NCBI GenBank assembly: GCA_035341855.1
Contig: DAOQWA010000010.1
Location: forward strand, 15,678 to 79,677
DNA: 64,000 bases
Direction: 5' to 3'
Source of the DNA: Bacteroidia bacterium
GTDB taxonomy: Bacteria > Bacteroidota > Bacteroidia > AKYH767-A > 2013-40CM-41-45
This document shows, piece by piece, positions 27,431 to 36,818 of this stretch. The notes under the pieces are model-generated. The model did not search any database. It was not told where the DNA came from and saw nothing but the letters and a program-made list of their open reading frames with translations. The first letter of the stretch is position 1. Each line of letters begins with the position of its first letter. A program made the position numbers and the translations under genes.

Positions 27431-29371
27431 TTATTTGATTTTGTATGCGAATGACATGCTTTTCTTCATTTCACGTTGGAGTTTCATGATCCTTGTATGG
27501 GTATTTTCTGCTCTCCTTTTTCTATTTATGTCATTATTGGCATTGTAAAATGCAATATGCTGATCGAGCATTGCCTGAAAATCCACAAGCTTATCAAGAG
27601 CTCCTGCATCTTCAAATAATAGGGGAGATCTAAGGAACTTAAAATCCATGTTTAAAAAATATTCAGCGCTGCTTGAGTCCCCGGGGATCGTCGACATATA
27701 GCTTCCGGATACATACCTGTTCGGGTTATAGATCTTTTCACGCATATAAAACACATGAGCTCTTGGATCAGTCATGAAAGCTCTGTTTTCCACTTTTGCC
27801 ACATTTTCAATTTTGGCGATAAGCCGTTTGAATGAGTTCATCAGTTCAACTGTACTAAGGTCGCAACCGGTCGTGATTACCTGATATGGATGTTCTAAGC
27901 GGAGCTCTTCGATGAATGCATCATACTCCATTGCAATCTCTTTATAAAACTCCGGGTATTGCAAAGGAAGTATCCTGTAGTGTGTAAATTTTATATCATA
28001 ATTTATAACGATAAGGTCAGGCCTGAAATTTTCGACTAGCCGATAGTAGTTATAGAGCATTACCGTTGTCCAGTCCGAAATAAGGACTACACTGTTTTGC
28101 GGACAGGATTTGTCAAGAAGTTGCATCAATTCCGTACCGACAGGATAGGATTTTCTATTGTGTGTGGGGTAATTAATGATTACAGATCCAATAATTAACA
28201 GAGGAAGGATGTATAAAAGTTTCCACTTCCGGAAATACTTTTGGATGCCGAACATGACGGAAAGCATCAATATCATAAAAGGTAATAACATATAAGCATC
28301 CGTACTTGCCCACTGATTATTATTGACCTGATAGAAGAACAGAAATAAGAAATAAGTTAGGATTATAAATAAAAGCGCTTTTCTTTTCGTGTTTATAAGA
28401 GTGACAATTCCTAGCACCAAAAAAGGGATGAAGACTCCAATTTGATAAAGACTGAGTTTTAAGAAAAAAGGAACTCTGGCAGAAATAATCTCTTTAGATG
28501 TGTCTGTCAGATTCTTGGTATATGCTCCACCACGCAGATGAAAAATTAAATTTTCAATGGTGTCAGGTTTGCTGAACATGAATAAATATTCGTTTTGCGC
28601 ACGAATATATAACCAGGTATAGAATGCGAACGTAATCACCGCAGCAACGCCGGCTAGTGTCCAGAACTTAGGATTCTGAAGCACGCTCAGATACTCAATG
28701 AATATTGATTTTTTTTGTTGTTTATTTTTTTTCTTGGACGGGTTTTCGATAGCCGTACCAGTAAGGATATGTGGAAGAAAGAAGAATGGCACGAAAGGGA
28801 GAAAAAATATCATCGTCACATGATGATTGCTCAAAGCTAAGGCAATTCCAAAGCCGCCAAGGATAAGAAATTTGTATTTTCCCGATGAGTTGTAATTTAC
28901 AAGTGCAAAGAGCGTCAATGCCATTGTCATACACTGGAAAGCATACACTTCAATATTATTAGCCCATGCCCATGTAGTTGGAGCAACTGCAAAGCCTATG
29001 GCTGTGAACAAGGCAATCCAGTTATTTTGAGAATAAGTTTTCGGGTCAGAATTAGATAGGATTAGGATTTTATAAAATGTAAAAAAGAGGAGAAGGGAAG
29101 CAAGTGAAACACAGAATCCGGAGAAAAGGGTGAGGGATATTATTGTAGGTGCTCCCATGAGTGAGCTGATATTTTCCCATAGCATTGCACTCATGATATA
29201 AGCCGGAGTTCCGGGCGGATGCGCAATGCTTCCCAGACTTACCACCGTTGCGAATTCTGCAGAGTCATCAAACATCAGGGTATTTGCACTTGTCAGATAG
29301 AACAGTGCAAAGGGTAGGATGAAGCTAAGAAGGGCAGGTACTAATTTTGCTTTTGGATTAGTTTCGTTCAT
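27431..29371 (-). CDS. DUF2723 (TMEM260 / protein O-mannosyltransferase-like) polytopic membrane protein
   Basis: 646 aa, more than 10 TM helices. N-terminal FDDSAEFATVVSLGSIAHPPGTPAY is the family signature, and a large C-terminal soluble domain follows. Confidence 0.6.
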   Translation of the reverse strand: MNETNPKAKLVPALLSFILPFALFYLTSANTLMFDDSAEFATVVSLGSIAHPPGTPAYIMSAMLWENISSLMGAPTIISLTLFSGFCVSLASLLLFFTFYKILILSNSDPKTYSQNNWIALFTAIGFAVAPTTWAWANNIEVYAFQCMTMALTLFALVNYNSSGKYKFLILGGFGIALALSNHHVTMIFFLPFVPFFFLPHILTGTAIENPSKKKNKQQKKSIFIEYLSVLQNPKFWTLAGVAAVITFAFYTWLYIRAQNEYLFMFSKPDTIENLIFHLRGGAYTKNLTDTSKEIISARVPFFLKLSLYQIGVFIPFLVLGIVTLINTKRKALLFIILTYFLFLFFYQVNNNQWASTDAYMLLPFMILMLSVMFGIQKYFRKWKLLYILPLLIIGSVIINYPTHNRKSYPVGTELMQLLDKSCPQNSVVLISDWTTVMLYNYYRLVENFRPDLIVINYDIKFTHYRILPLQYPEFYKEIAMEYDAFIEELRLEHPYQVITTGCDLSTVELMNSFKRLIAKIENVAKVENRAFMTDPRAHVFYMREKIYNPNRYVSGSYMSTIPGDSSSAEYFLNMDFKFLRSPLLFEDAGALDKLVDFQAMLDQHIAFYNANNDINRKRRAENTHTRIMKLQREMKKSMSFAYKIK

Positions 29372-29388
29372 TTAAGTTTATGGAAGCT

Positions 29389-30345
29389 CTAAAGTAAATT
29401 TTTCAATTGTTCTCTCCAAATCAGGATGATCACGCCTGCAATTGCTACGACTACGCCAATGAATGACCGGAGGCTGAATTTTTCTTTGAGCAAAAAATAG
29501 GAGAGCATCAGAGCAAAAACCGGTACGAGTGAAAATATTGTTTGAGCTACTGATGCTTTAATAAATGTTACAGTGAATAATGATAGTGTTACGCCGATAA
29601 CAGGACCAAATAAAGTTCCTGCGACCGCAAAGCGTATTCCATTATCTTTATTTTGAAATACAGGCCTGAGAATGATTTTTAGCTTCCCGCTTAACAATGA
29701 AAATAAAAACAGAGATAAGGTTCCAATAAGTAACCGTATAAATGTCGCATGTACCGGGTTAACATCAGGATGAAGTGAATGTTCTGAAAGCATGCCTCTT
29801 TTGGCTAGTACTAATCCTGCACCCTGGCAAATTGCTGCAAGTAATCCGTAAATAACTCCCTTTCGGATACTGCCATGTCCATGGTCCGGGATCTGTTGTC
29901 TTTCACCCCTGCTCAAACTGATCCAGATAACTCCAACGATCGTAACGAACATTCCGACAATTCCTATCCAGGATAATTCTTCATGTATAAGGAAATAACT
30001 TATTATAAGTGTTGAAGCGGGAGCAAAGGTTGTAAGTACGCTCCCAACCCTTGGGCCAAGTATCGCATACATTGAAAATCCAAAATGATCTCCAAGACTA
30101 AGGCCGATTATCCCGGACAGTCCTAACCATAGCCATGCACCCAGATAATCACTGCTGAAGAGTTGGACAAAATCTCCGGTTCTATAAAATAATGAACCTG
30201 TTCCAAGTATCAATACGGCCAGCACTAAGCGAAAATGATTCAATGGAACGGAGCCTAGTCTTCTGGCCGCTTGTGTGAATGGGAAAATGCATAATGACCA
30301 GGAAAGGGTCGCGAGTAAGGCAAAATTTATTCCTATAAAGTTCAT
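29389..30345 (-). CDS. DMT-superfamily (EamA-like) transporter
   Basis: 318 aa, 10 TM helices arranged as two EamA halves. Confidence 0.7.
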   Translation of the reverse strand: MNFIGINFALLATLSWSLCIFPFTQAARRLGSVPLNHFRLVLAVLILGTGSLFYRTGDFVQLFSSDYLGAWLWLGLSGIIGLSLGDHFGFSMYAILGPRVGSVLTTFAPASTLIISYFLIHEELSWIGIVGMFVTIVGVIWISLSRGERQQIPDHGHGSIRKGVIYGLLAAICQGAGLVLAKRGMLSEHSLHPDVNPVHATFIRLLIGTLSLFLFSLLSGKLKIILRPVFQNKDNGIRFAVAGTLFGPVIGVTLSLFTVTFIKASVAQTIFSLVPVFALMLSYFLLKEKFSLRSFIGVVVAIAGVIILIWREQLKNLL

Positions 30346-31073
30346 GAGGGTGAATTCTTCCTTTCGCCAAAGATTGCAGAGCCAATTCTGATAAGATTAC
30401 TTCCCTCTTCAAGGGCAATTTTATAGTCTGAAGTCATACCCATACTAAGGTATTTCATACCTGCTCCAATGTGAGGATATTCTCGTTTGACTTCATCATA
30501 AAATGTTCTCAGCCCTTTGAATTCTCTTCGAATTTGTTCCACATTGTCAGTAAAGGACGCCATGGCCATAAATCCATTGAGTTCAATATTTCCCAGACTT
30601 ATAATTTCTGAAGAGGAAAATAGCTCGCGCACTTCTTTATAGGAGAAGCCAAACTTGGTATCTTCACGGGCGATATGAATCTGAATCAAAACGGGCTGTC
30701 GCTTGTTCTCTTTTGAAGAGTACTTGTTGATCTCTTTGAGCAACTTCAAACTATCTACTCCATGTATCATTGATATAAAAGGAATAATTTGCTTTACTTT
30801 TTTACTTTGAAGATGTCCGATAAAATGCCAGTTGATGTCATCAGGGAGCTTCGAATATTTATCAAGACATTCTTGTACATAATTCTCTCCAAAATTTCTG
30901 TGGCCCAAGTCGTATAATTCCTTAATTGCCGAAACGGTTTGCAACTTACTCACAGCCACTAATTCTGCATTATAACTCTTGATCTCGGCGAGGATCTTCC
31001 TGTAATTATCTTCATGAATTTGCACAGTGCAAAATAATTGTAGGAATTGGATTGTCAAAGCATCATTATTCAA
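30342..31073 (-). CDS. yggS: YggS-family pyridoxal-phosphate homeostasis protein (PLPHP)
   Basis: 243 aa. ...LVAVSKLQTVSAIKELYDLGHRNFGENYVQE...HFIGHLQSKKVK... Its stop overlaps the EamA start by 4 nt. Confidence 0.85.
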   Translation of the reverse strand: MNNDALTIQFLQLFCTVQIHEDNYRKILAEIKSYNAELVAVSKLQTVSAIKELYDLGHRNFGENYVQECLDKYSKLPDDINWHFIGHLQSKKVKQIIPFISMIHGVDSLKLLKEINKYSSKENKRQPVLIQIHIAREDTKFGFSYKEVRELFSSSEIISLGNIELNGFMAMASFTDNVEQIRREFKGLRTFYDEVKREYPHIGAGMKYLSMGMTSDYKIALEEGSNLIRIGSAIFGERKNSPS

Positions 31074-31203
31074 TTCTGAGGTACTTATTCAACATTTCCG
31101 TTAATATGTCTTTCAGTATATTCTAGGATAAAATGCTGAATAATCTGAACTTTGTCCCTGTTCCTGTGTTGAACAATAATTCTGTTTTAAAGAGACTAAG
31201 CGA

Positions 31204-31779
31204 ATGAAAAAAATCCTGAAATACCTGGGTATATCCCTGGCTGCAATTCTTGGTGCCTGTTCCAGACCGGCTGAAAGGCCTATGACACTTTCCCCTTCAA
31301 CTTCAAACTCTTCCATTTATAATATACCTGTTAAAGACATAAATGGCAATTCTACCGACTTGTCTGCCTATAAGGGCAAGAAGCTTATGATTGTGAACGT
31401 AGCCAGTAAATGTGGCTATACGCGTCAATACAAAGACTTACAAAAATTGCATGATGAATATGCCGGAAAACTTGTCGTTCTGGGCTTTCCATGCAATCAG
31501 TTTGGCGGACAGGAACCGGGTACAGAAAGTGAGATATTGGAGTTTTGTGAAAAGAATTTTTCAGTTCAGTTTCCACTCTTTGAAAAAATTGACGTTAAAG
31601 GTGAAGATCAATCTCCCTTATATTCCTGGCTAACGGATAAGTCAAAAAATGGTTGGAACGAACAAGAACCTTCCTGGAATTTTTGCAAATACATCGTGGA
31701 TGAACGTGGATCTCTGATTGCTTTTTTTCCTGCAAAGACAGAGCCTTATGATGAAAAAATTATTTCACTTTTGAAATAA
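31204..31779 (+). CDS. gpx: Glutathione peroxidase (lipoprotein)
   Basis: 191 aa. Signal with a GAC lipobox, and VNVASKCGYT...LGFPCNQFGGQEPG motifs. Confidence 0.9.
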   Translation: MKKILKYLGISLAAILGACSRPAERPMTLSPSTSNSSIYNIPVKDINGNSTDLSAYKGKKLMIVNVASKCGYTRQYKDLQKLHDEYAGKLVVLGFPCNQFGGQEPGTESEILEFCEKNFSVQFPLFEKIDVKGEDQSPLYSWLTDKSKNGWNEQEPSWNFCKYIVDERGSLIAFFPAKTEPYDEKIISLLK

Positions 31780-31812
31780 ATGTTCCATTGAAGCAAGCTG
31801 AACATAATATTC

Positions 31813-33057
31813 TCAACTCTCCAAAGAGTGTAAAATCAATCCACTCCTAAGTTTAGGTTCAAACCAGGTTGTTTTTGGAGGCATGATCTGACCGGTATCT
31901 GCTATGTCAATGAGTTGTTTCATGCTGACAGGATAAAGCGAAAATGCCACTTTCATCTCCCCGGAGTTTACTCTCCTTTCCAGTTCTCCCAAACCTCTAA
32001 GTCCTCCGACAAACTCAATTCTTTTGTCTGTTCGCAAATCTTTGATGTTAAGAATTGGTTCTAAAATATGTTTGGAAAGAACCGTCACATCTAAGCCTAG
32101 AATCGGATCCGAGTCGTTGTAGGTTCCATTCATGGCTGTGAGTTTATACCAGTTGCCTTCAAGGTACATGCCAAAGTCATGCAACTTTGCCGGCTTCACC
32201 TGATCTTTGCCTGCTTTTTCTACCTTAAATTCTTTTCCCAGTCGTTTTAAAAATTCATCAGCGGTCAATCCGTTCAAATCTTTCACCACACGATTGTAAT
32301 CCATGATAGCCAGCTGATCATCCGGAAAATGAACAGCGAGAAAATAATTGTATGCTTCATTGCCGGTATGTGATTTGTTTTCACTACGAAGATCTTTTCC
32401 CACTAAGGCTGCAGCAGCTGTTCGGTGATGCCCGTCAGCAACATAAGTATTGATAGCTTGAAATTCTTTGATAATATTTTTAATCGTATTGTCATCACGA
32501 ATCACCCAAAAGGTATGACCTATGCCTTCATCAGCAACAAAGTCATATTCCGGTGTCCCTTTGACCACATCCTGAACAATTTTATCAAGGGCGGGTACTT
32601 TGGGATATGCGAAGAATACCGGTTCATAATTCAACATGCTCACTCTAACGTGTTTCTTACGGTCTTCTTCTTTATCGGGACGGGTTAGCTCATGTTTTTT
32701 AATGACGTCATTGAAATAATCTTCGATGGCAGCAGCAGCAACTATTCCATACTGTTTGCGACCATTCATGGTTTGAGCATAGATATAAAGGCAATCCTTA
32801 TCATCCTGAAAAAAAACTCCTTCGGATCTGAGTTTATTAAAGTTCTCTTTGCCCTTAAGATAAATCTCCGGTGCATAATGATCAAAATCTTCCGGAAAAT
32901 CTATTTCCGGTTTGATGATATGATAAAAGGAGTAGGGGTTTCCTTCAGCTTCTTTCTTTGCTTCGATATCATTCAAGACATCATAAGGTTTGGACGCTAT
33001 CTGATTCACTAGTTCTTTCTTCGGACGAATACCTTTAAATGCTTTTATAATTGCCAT
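31813..33057 (-). CDS. DUF1015-domain protein
   Basis: 414 aa. N-terminal MAIIKAFKGIRPKKELVNQIASKPYDVL matches the conserved DUF1015 start. Confidence 0.6.
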   Translation of the reverse strand: MAIIKAFKGIRPKKELVNQIASKPYDVLNDIEAKKEAEGNPYSFYHIIKPEIDFPEDFDHYAPEIYLKGKENFNKLRSEGVFFQDDKDCLYIYAQTMNGRKQYGIVAAAAIEDYFNDVIKKHELTRPDKEEDRKKHVRVSMLNYEPVFFAYPKVPALDKIVQDVVKGTPEYDFVADEGIGHTFWVIRDDNTIKNIIKEFQAINTYVADGHHRTAAAALVGKDLRSENKSHTGNEAYNYFLAVHFPDDQLAIMDYNRVVKDLNGLTADEFLKRLGKEFKVEKAGKDQVKPAKLHDFGMYLEGNWYKLTAMNGTYNDSDPILGLDVTVLSKHILEPILNIKDLRTDKRIEFVGGLRGLGELERRVNSGEMKVAFSLYPVSMKQLIDIADTGQIMPPKTTWFEPKLRSGLILHSLES

Positions 33058-33079
33058 AATACAATCTTTTTTCTGTTGA

Positions 33080-34156
33080 TTAATTTAATTTAAGAATTTC
33101 TTCAATTGCTCCTGTAACTTCGATCATGTCTTCTATAGTTAGTTCACCCATGTGGGCAATCCTGAAAGTTTTGTCTTTCAGATCGCCGTAACCATTTGAA
33201 ATGAGCATACCTTTTTCGGCAAGACTGTTATTTAATTGAGAGATATTTATGTTGCGGTTATTTTCAATGCAGGTAACCGTCATCGATTCAAAACCCGGCA
33301 TTGGGAAAGTTTTAAAAAAATGGTTCGCCCAGTTGATCGTATATTCAGCTGTTTCGATGTGGCGAATAAATCTATTCTCCAATCCTTCTTTCAATATTCT
33401 ATCCAATTGAAAATCGAGGGCAAACATATGCGAGAGGGAAGGTGTACAATGATATTGATGATCTTTTTGGTCTATGAAACGGATCATGGTCTTCAGATCC
33501 AAATAATACCCTCGCTCACCAACGGCACTAAAACGATCTTCAGCTTTTTGTGATACTGATGCAAGTGACATTCCCGGTGGTAATGCCAGTGCTTTCTGAG
33601 ATGAGCTGATGCAAATGTCAATACCTAGCCGATCTACTTCGAGTTTTATTCCTCCCAGTGAACTCACTGCATCCACCATCCAAACTACATCAGGGTACTT
33701 TGCGATGACTGTGGCTATGGCTTCTATAGGATTCGTAATGCCAACAGAGGTCTCATTATGAGTAATGGCTATGGTGTCATACTTTCCTGTCTTTAAATAT
33801 TTGTCTACTGTTTCAGGCATCGTGGGCTGACCCGGGATCTCTTCATGAATGTCGGCTTCTATACCATTAAGTCTAGCCAATTCCCACCAGCGTTTACCAA
33901 AGGCTCCAACAGAAAATACGATAGCTTTTTTTTGAGTTGTACTTCGGATTGCGCCTTCCATTAACCCGGTCCCTGATGAGGTACTCAGCAAAATTTTATT
34001 GGAAGTGTACATCAGCTCCATTAATTTCTTGCTGATACTTTTTTGTAAAATACTGGCGTCTTTACTGCGATGACCAATCATTCCGCTGCCCATTTTAGCC
34101 AAAACATCAGGATGTACTTGTGTAGGGCCCGGTATGAAGAGTTTTTTAAGTTCCAT
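33080..34156 (-). CDS. Class V aminotransferase (alanine-glyoxylate / serine-pyruvate / SerC-like)
   Basis: 358 aa. LFIPGPTQVHPDVL N-terminus and fold-type I class V features. Confidence 0.75.
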   Translation of the reverse strand: MELKKLFIPGPTQVHPDVLAKMGSGMIGHRSKDASILQKSISKKLMELMYTSNKILLSTSSGTGLMEGAIRSTTQKKAIVFSVGAFGKRWWELARLNGIEADIHEEIPGQPTMPETVDKYLKTGKYDTIAITHNETSVGITNPIEAIATVIAKYPDVVWMVDAVSSLGGIKLEVDRLGIDICISSSQKALALPPGMSLASVSQKAEDRFSAVGERGYYLDLKTMIRFIDQKDHQYHCTPSLSHMFALDFQLDRILKEGLENRFIRHIETAEYTINWANHFFKTFPMPGFESMTVTCIENNRNINISQLNNSLAEKGMLISNGYGDLKDKTFRIAHMGELTIEDMIEVTGAIEEILKLN

Positions 34157-34248
34157 AAATTTTTATTTCCGGGAAGCAAAGGTACAAAAGACCTTTATTA
34201 ATAGCGAATAGCATTCAGTATTATGAGCATAGAATCAGAGCAATAAGA

Positions 34249-35172
34249 TCATTTTTCAGGATTATCTTCTCCGAATGGTTTTGGTACATTCTTTTTTGGT
34301 TTCCAGGTAGACCGGATATCAATATCCTTCATCAATGTCCAACGGCCTGACCTGAATTTAAATGCATCATAGGTACCGTCAGGTCCGCTCTCAAAATTGC
34401 TTTTAGGGTCTGTTGAAGCGCTTAGGTGATCAAGAACAATTAGTTTTTTCCTTGATTCATACCGCAGGACCATACTCAGTCTGGCCATAAATGAATAGAT
34501 CATTCTGTTCCGAAAAACATTCTCGGCTTTGAAAAGAGGATATCCAAACTTAGGTGTGTCTTTATCAAAGTACAATACATCAATCAGTTTTTGCGATGTT
34601 TTTTCATTCATTGCTTTCCAGCCAAGCAAAGTGTAATAAGTTTTACCTGATCGCTTTACAGGAATGATTTCATAATAAATACAGCCATACCATCTGTCAG
34701 TTTTAAGACGTTCAGATTCCGGTTTAAGAATATAGCTTGTAGAGTCACATAGCGGATAAATTTTAAGTTCCCCTTTCATTGTTTTGAATTGAAGGAAACC
34801 ATGAAAAGAATAATTCGAAGCATCTGATTTTGCTAAAGTCCATGTGTAGATTTTCAGCTTGTCATCATTGCTCTTCTTCACAGAAACGTTTTTGAGTGAA
34901 TCGAAATTTTGAGTGAAGGATTCAGGTTTTTGCAGTGCGTTGAATAAATTTCCGCTAAAAACTTTATTTGCTTCGATCCTGTTGGAGTCACTCGGATCTT
35001 TTTGAATAATTTGAATTAGTGAATCACTATAGGAAACTAATCCGGAATCCGTTTGATTAACCTGCTGTGCCCTGCTGACTAGGAATGAAATGAAATATAT
35101 TAATACCAACAAGACAATTTTCAAATACGAAAATATTTTACCGGTCGATTTATAGGTTTTGGACTGAATCAT
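34249..35172 (-). CDS. Hypothetical secreted protein
   Basis: Start chosen at MIQSKTYK (35172) because the longer track ORF would overlap the ferredoxin gene. A signal-like hydrophobic segment (IVLLVLIYFISFLVSRAQQ) is present. No recognisable domain. Confidence 0.45.
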   Translation of the reverse strand: MIQSKTYKSTGKIFSYLKIVLLVLIYFISFLVSRAQQVNQTDSGLVSYSDSLIQIIQKDPSDSNRIEANKVFSGNLFNALQKPESFTQNFDSLKNVSVKKSNDDKLKIYTWTLAKSDASNYSFHGFLQFKTMKGELKIYPLCDSTSYILKPESERLKTDRWYGCIYYEIIPVKRSGKTYYTLLGWKAMNEKTSQKLIDVLYFDKDTPKFGYPLFKAENVFRNRMIYSFMARLSMVLRYESRKKLIVLDHLSASTDPKSNFESGPDGTYDAFKFRSGRWTLMKDIDIRSTWKPKKNVPKPFGEDNPEK

Positions 35173-35239
35173 TGGTATAAAAATAAAAAACCGCAACACG
35201 TTAACGGGTTGCGGTAGATTATATTTTCTGAGTTTATAA

Positions 35240-35590
35240 TCAAGCAGCGTGCATACGATCTTTTTTTGCAAGCAGATCTTCTTTTGATTCTCTGAAGTCA
35301 GGATCATCTACACAACAATCAACGGGACAAACTGAAGCGCATTGTGGCTCATCGTGGAATCCAACACATTCAGTACACTTGTCTGTTACTATGTAGTAAA
35401 TATCCATAGACACGGGAGTCTGTGCGGCATCTGCATCCACTTCAGTACCTTTCATCGTCTTGAATGAACCTTTGATGGTCGTTCCATCAGAAAATCTCCA
35501 TTCAGCACCGCCTTCATAAATTGCATTATTTGGACATTCCGGTTCGCAAGCACCGCAATTGATACATTCTTCAGTTATCTTAATAGCCAT
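35240..35590 (-). CDS. Ferredoxin with two Cys clusters (7Fe/8Fe type)
   Basis: 116 aa. [12 protein letters not shown] and CTECVGF...[10 protein letters not shown] motifs. Confidence 0.9.
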   Translation of the reverse strand: MAIKITEECINCGACEPECPNNAIYEGGAEWRFSDGTTIKGSFKTMKGTEVDADAAQTPVSMDIYYIVTDKCTECVGFHDEPQCASVCPVDCCVDDPDFRESKEDLLAKKDRMHAA

Positions 35591-35721
35591 AAGGTTTTCC
35601 TTTCTACTTTTGAGGTTTAATTTCGGAACAAAATTAATTAGAAAAAATTCATATCAAAATACAGGGCATCTTATTTGCAAATCGCCGGATTTGCTATGTC
35701 TCTGAAAAACACCGTTTTCTG

Positions 35722-36813
35722 ATGTCGTTAAGCCTAGAAAAAAGAATTTCATCCTTTTCCCGACTTGGATCAGCCTTTCTGGTCATCGCCGATGTTCTCG
35801 AAAGCCCGGAAGCTGAAGCCTCAGATGAGCATAAAGAACTGTTTAGTCTCCAGAGGCAATGCACCATAATGAATCCCTGGTTCAGTAAAGCGAATATTGT
35901 TTTTGCATTTAGAAATTGGGGTATGCTGTTAAATGAAGGAACTCTCTCGGCGTGGCTGAAGCCTTACAAAATATCTGAAAGTCCTGACAATTTGATTAAA
36001 CGGGTGGCTGTTATTAATGCAGGAAATATTCCTCTTGTAGGTTTTCATGATTTTCTATCAATACTTCTCTCAGGTAATCAGTACATCGCAAAAAATGCAT
36101 CCGATGATCAGATTTTGTTACCCTATGTAGCAGATCTTTTAATAAACTATGAACCTGAATTTAAAAGCTATATCCGGTTTTCAGATCGATTGTCAGACTT
36201 CGACGCTGTAATTGCAACAGGAAGTAATAATTCATCTCGTTATTTTGAATACTATTTCGGTAAATATCCACACATCATTCGTAAAAACAGAAATGGTGTT
36301 GCTGTGCTGGATGAATCAGATTCGACATCTTGCCTGAGTTTATTAGGGGAAGATATTTTTAGATACTACGGACTTGGCTGCAGAAATGTCTCAAAATTGT
36401 ATGTTCCGGAGGGATATAATTTTAATGATTTCTTCAAATCAATCTATGATAGGAGTGAAGTCATGCAACACAATAAATACATGAATAATTTCGAACATCA
36501 TAACGCCCTACTCTTGTTGAAGCAGGTACCTTTTTTGCAGAATGGATTTCTGATCCTGATGGAAAACAAGGCCTTTTCTTCACCGGTAGCAGTTCTCAAT
36601 TATGAATACTATTCAGACAAATCTAAGCTGAAAAATCATTTAACCGAAAGTCTTGATAAAATACAGTGTATCGTTTCATCATCCGAAGAATTGAAATCTG
36701 ATCCTGTCCTGAAATCAGTAGTTGTTGATTTTGGTAAAACACAGTTTCCCGGATTGGCAGACTACGCAGATGGCGTTGACACCATCAAATTCCTAAAGAA
36801 CTTGCCCGTCTAA
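35722..36813 (+). CDS. LuxC-family acyl-CoA reductase-like protein
   Basis: 363 aa. Overall pattern (VAVINAGNIPLVGFHDF...) resembles the LuxC/aldehyde-dehydrogenase-like acyl-CoA reductase family. This rests on memory of the family, so it is tentative. Confidence 0.5.
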   Translation: MSLSLEKRISSFSRLGSAFLVIADVLESPEAEASDEHKELFSLQRQCTIMNPWFSKANIVFAFRNWGMLLNEGTLSAWLKPYKISESPDNLIKRVAVINAGNIPLVGFHDFLSILLSGNQYIAKNASDDQILLPYVADLLINYEPEFKSYIRFSDRLSDFDAVIATGSNNSSRYFEYYFGKYPHIIRKNRNGVAVLDESDSTSCLSLLGEDIFRYYGLGCRNVSKLYVPEGYNFNDFFKSIYDRSEVMQHNKYMNNFEHHNALLLLKQVPFLQNGFLILMENKAFSSPVAVLNYEYYSDKSKLKNHLTESLDKIQCIVSSSEELKSDPVLKSVVVDFGKTQFPGLADYADGVDTIKFLKNLPV

Positions 36814-36818
36814 AATAC

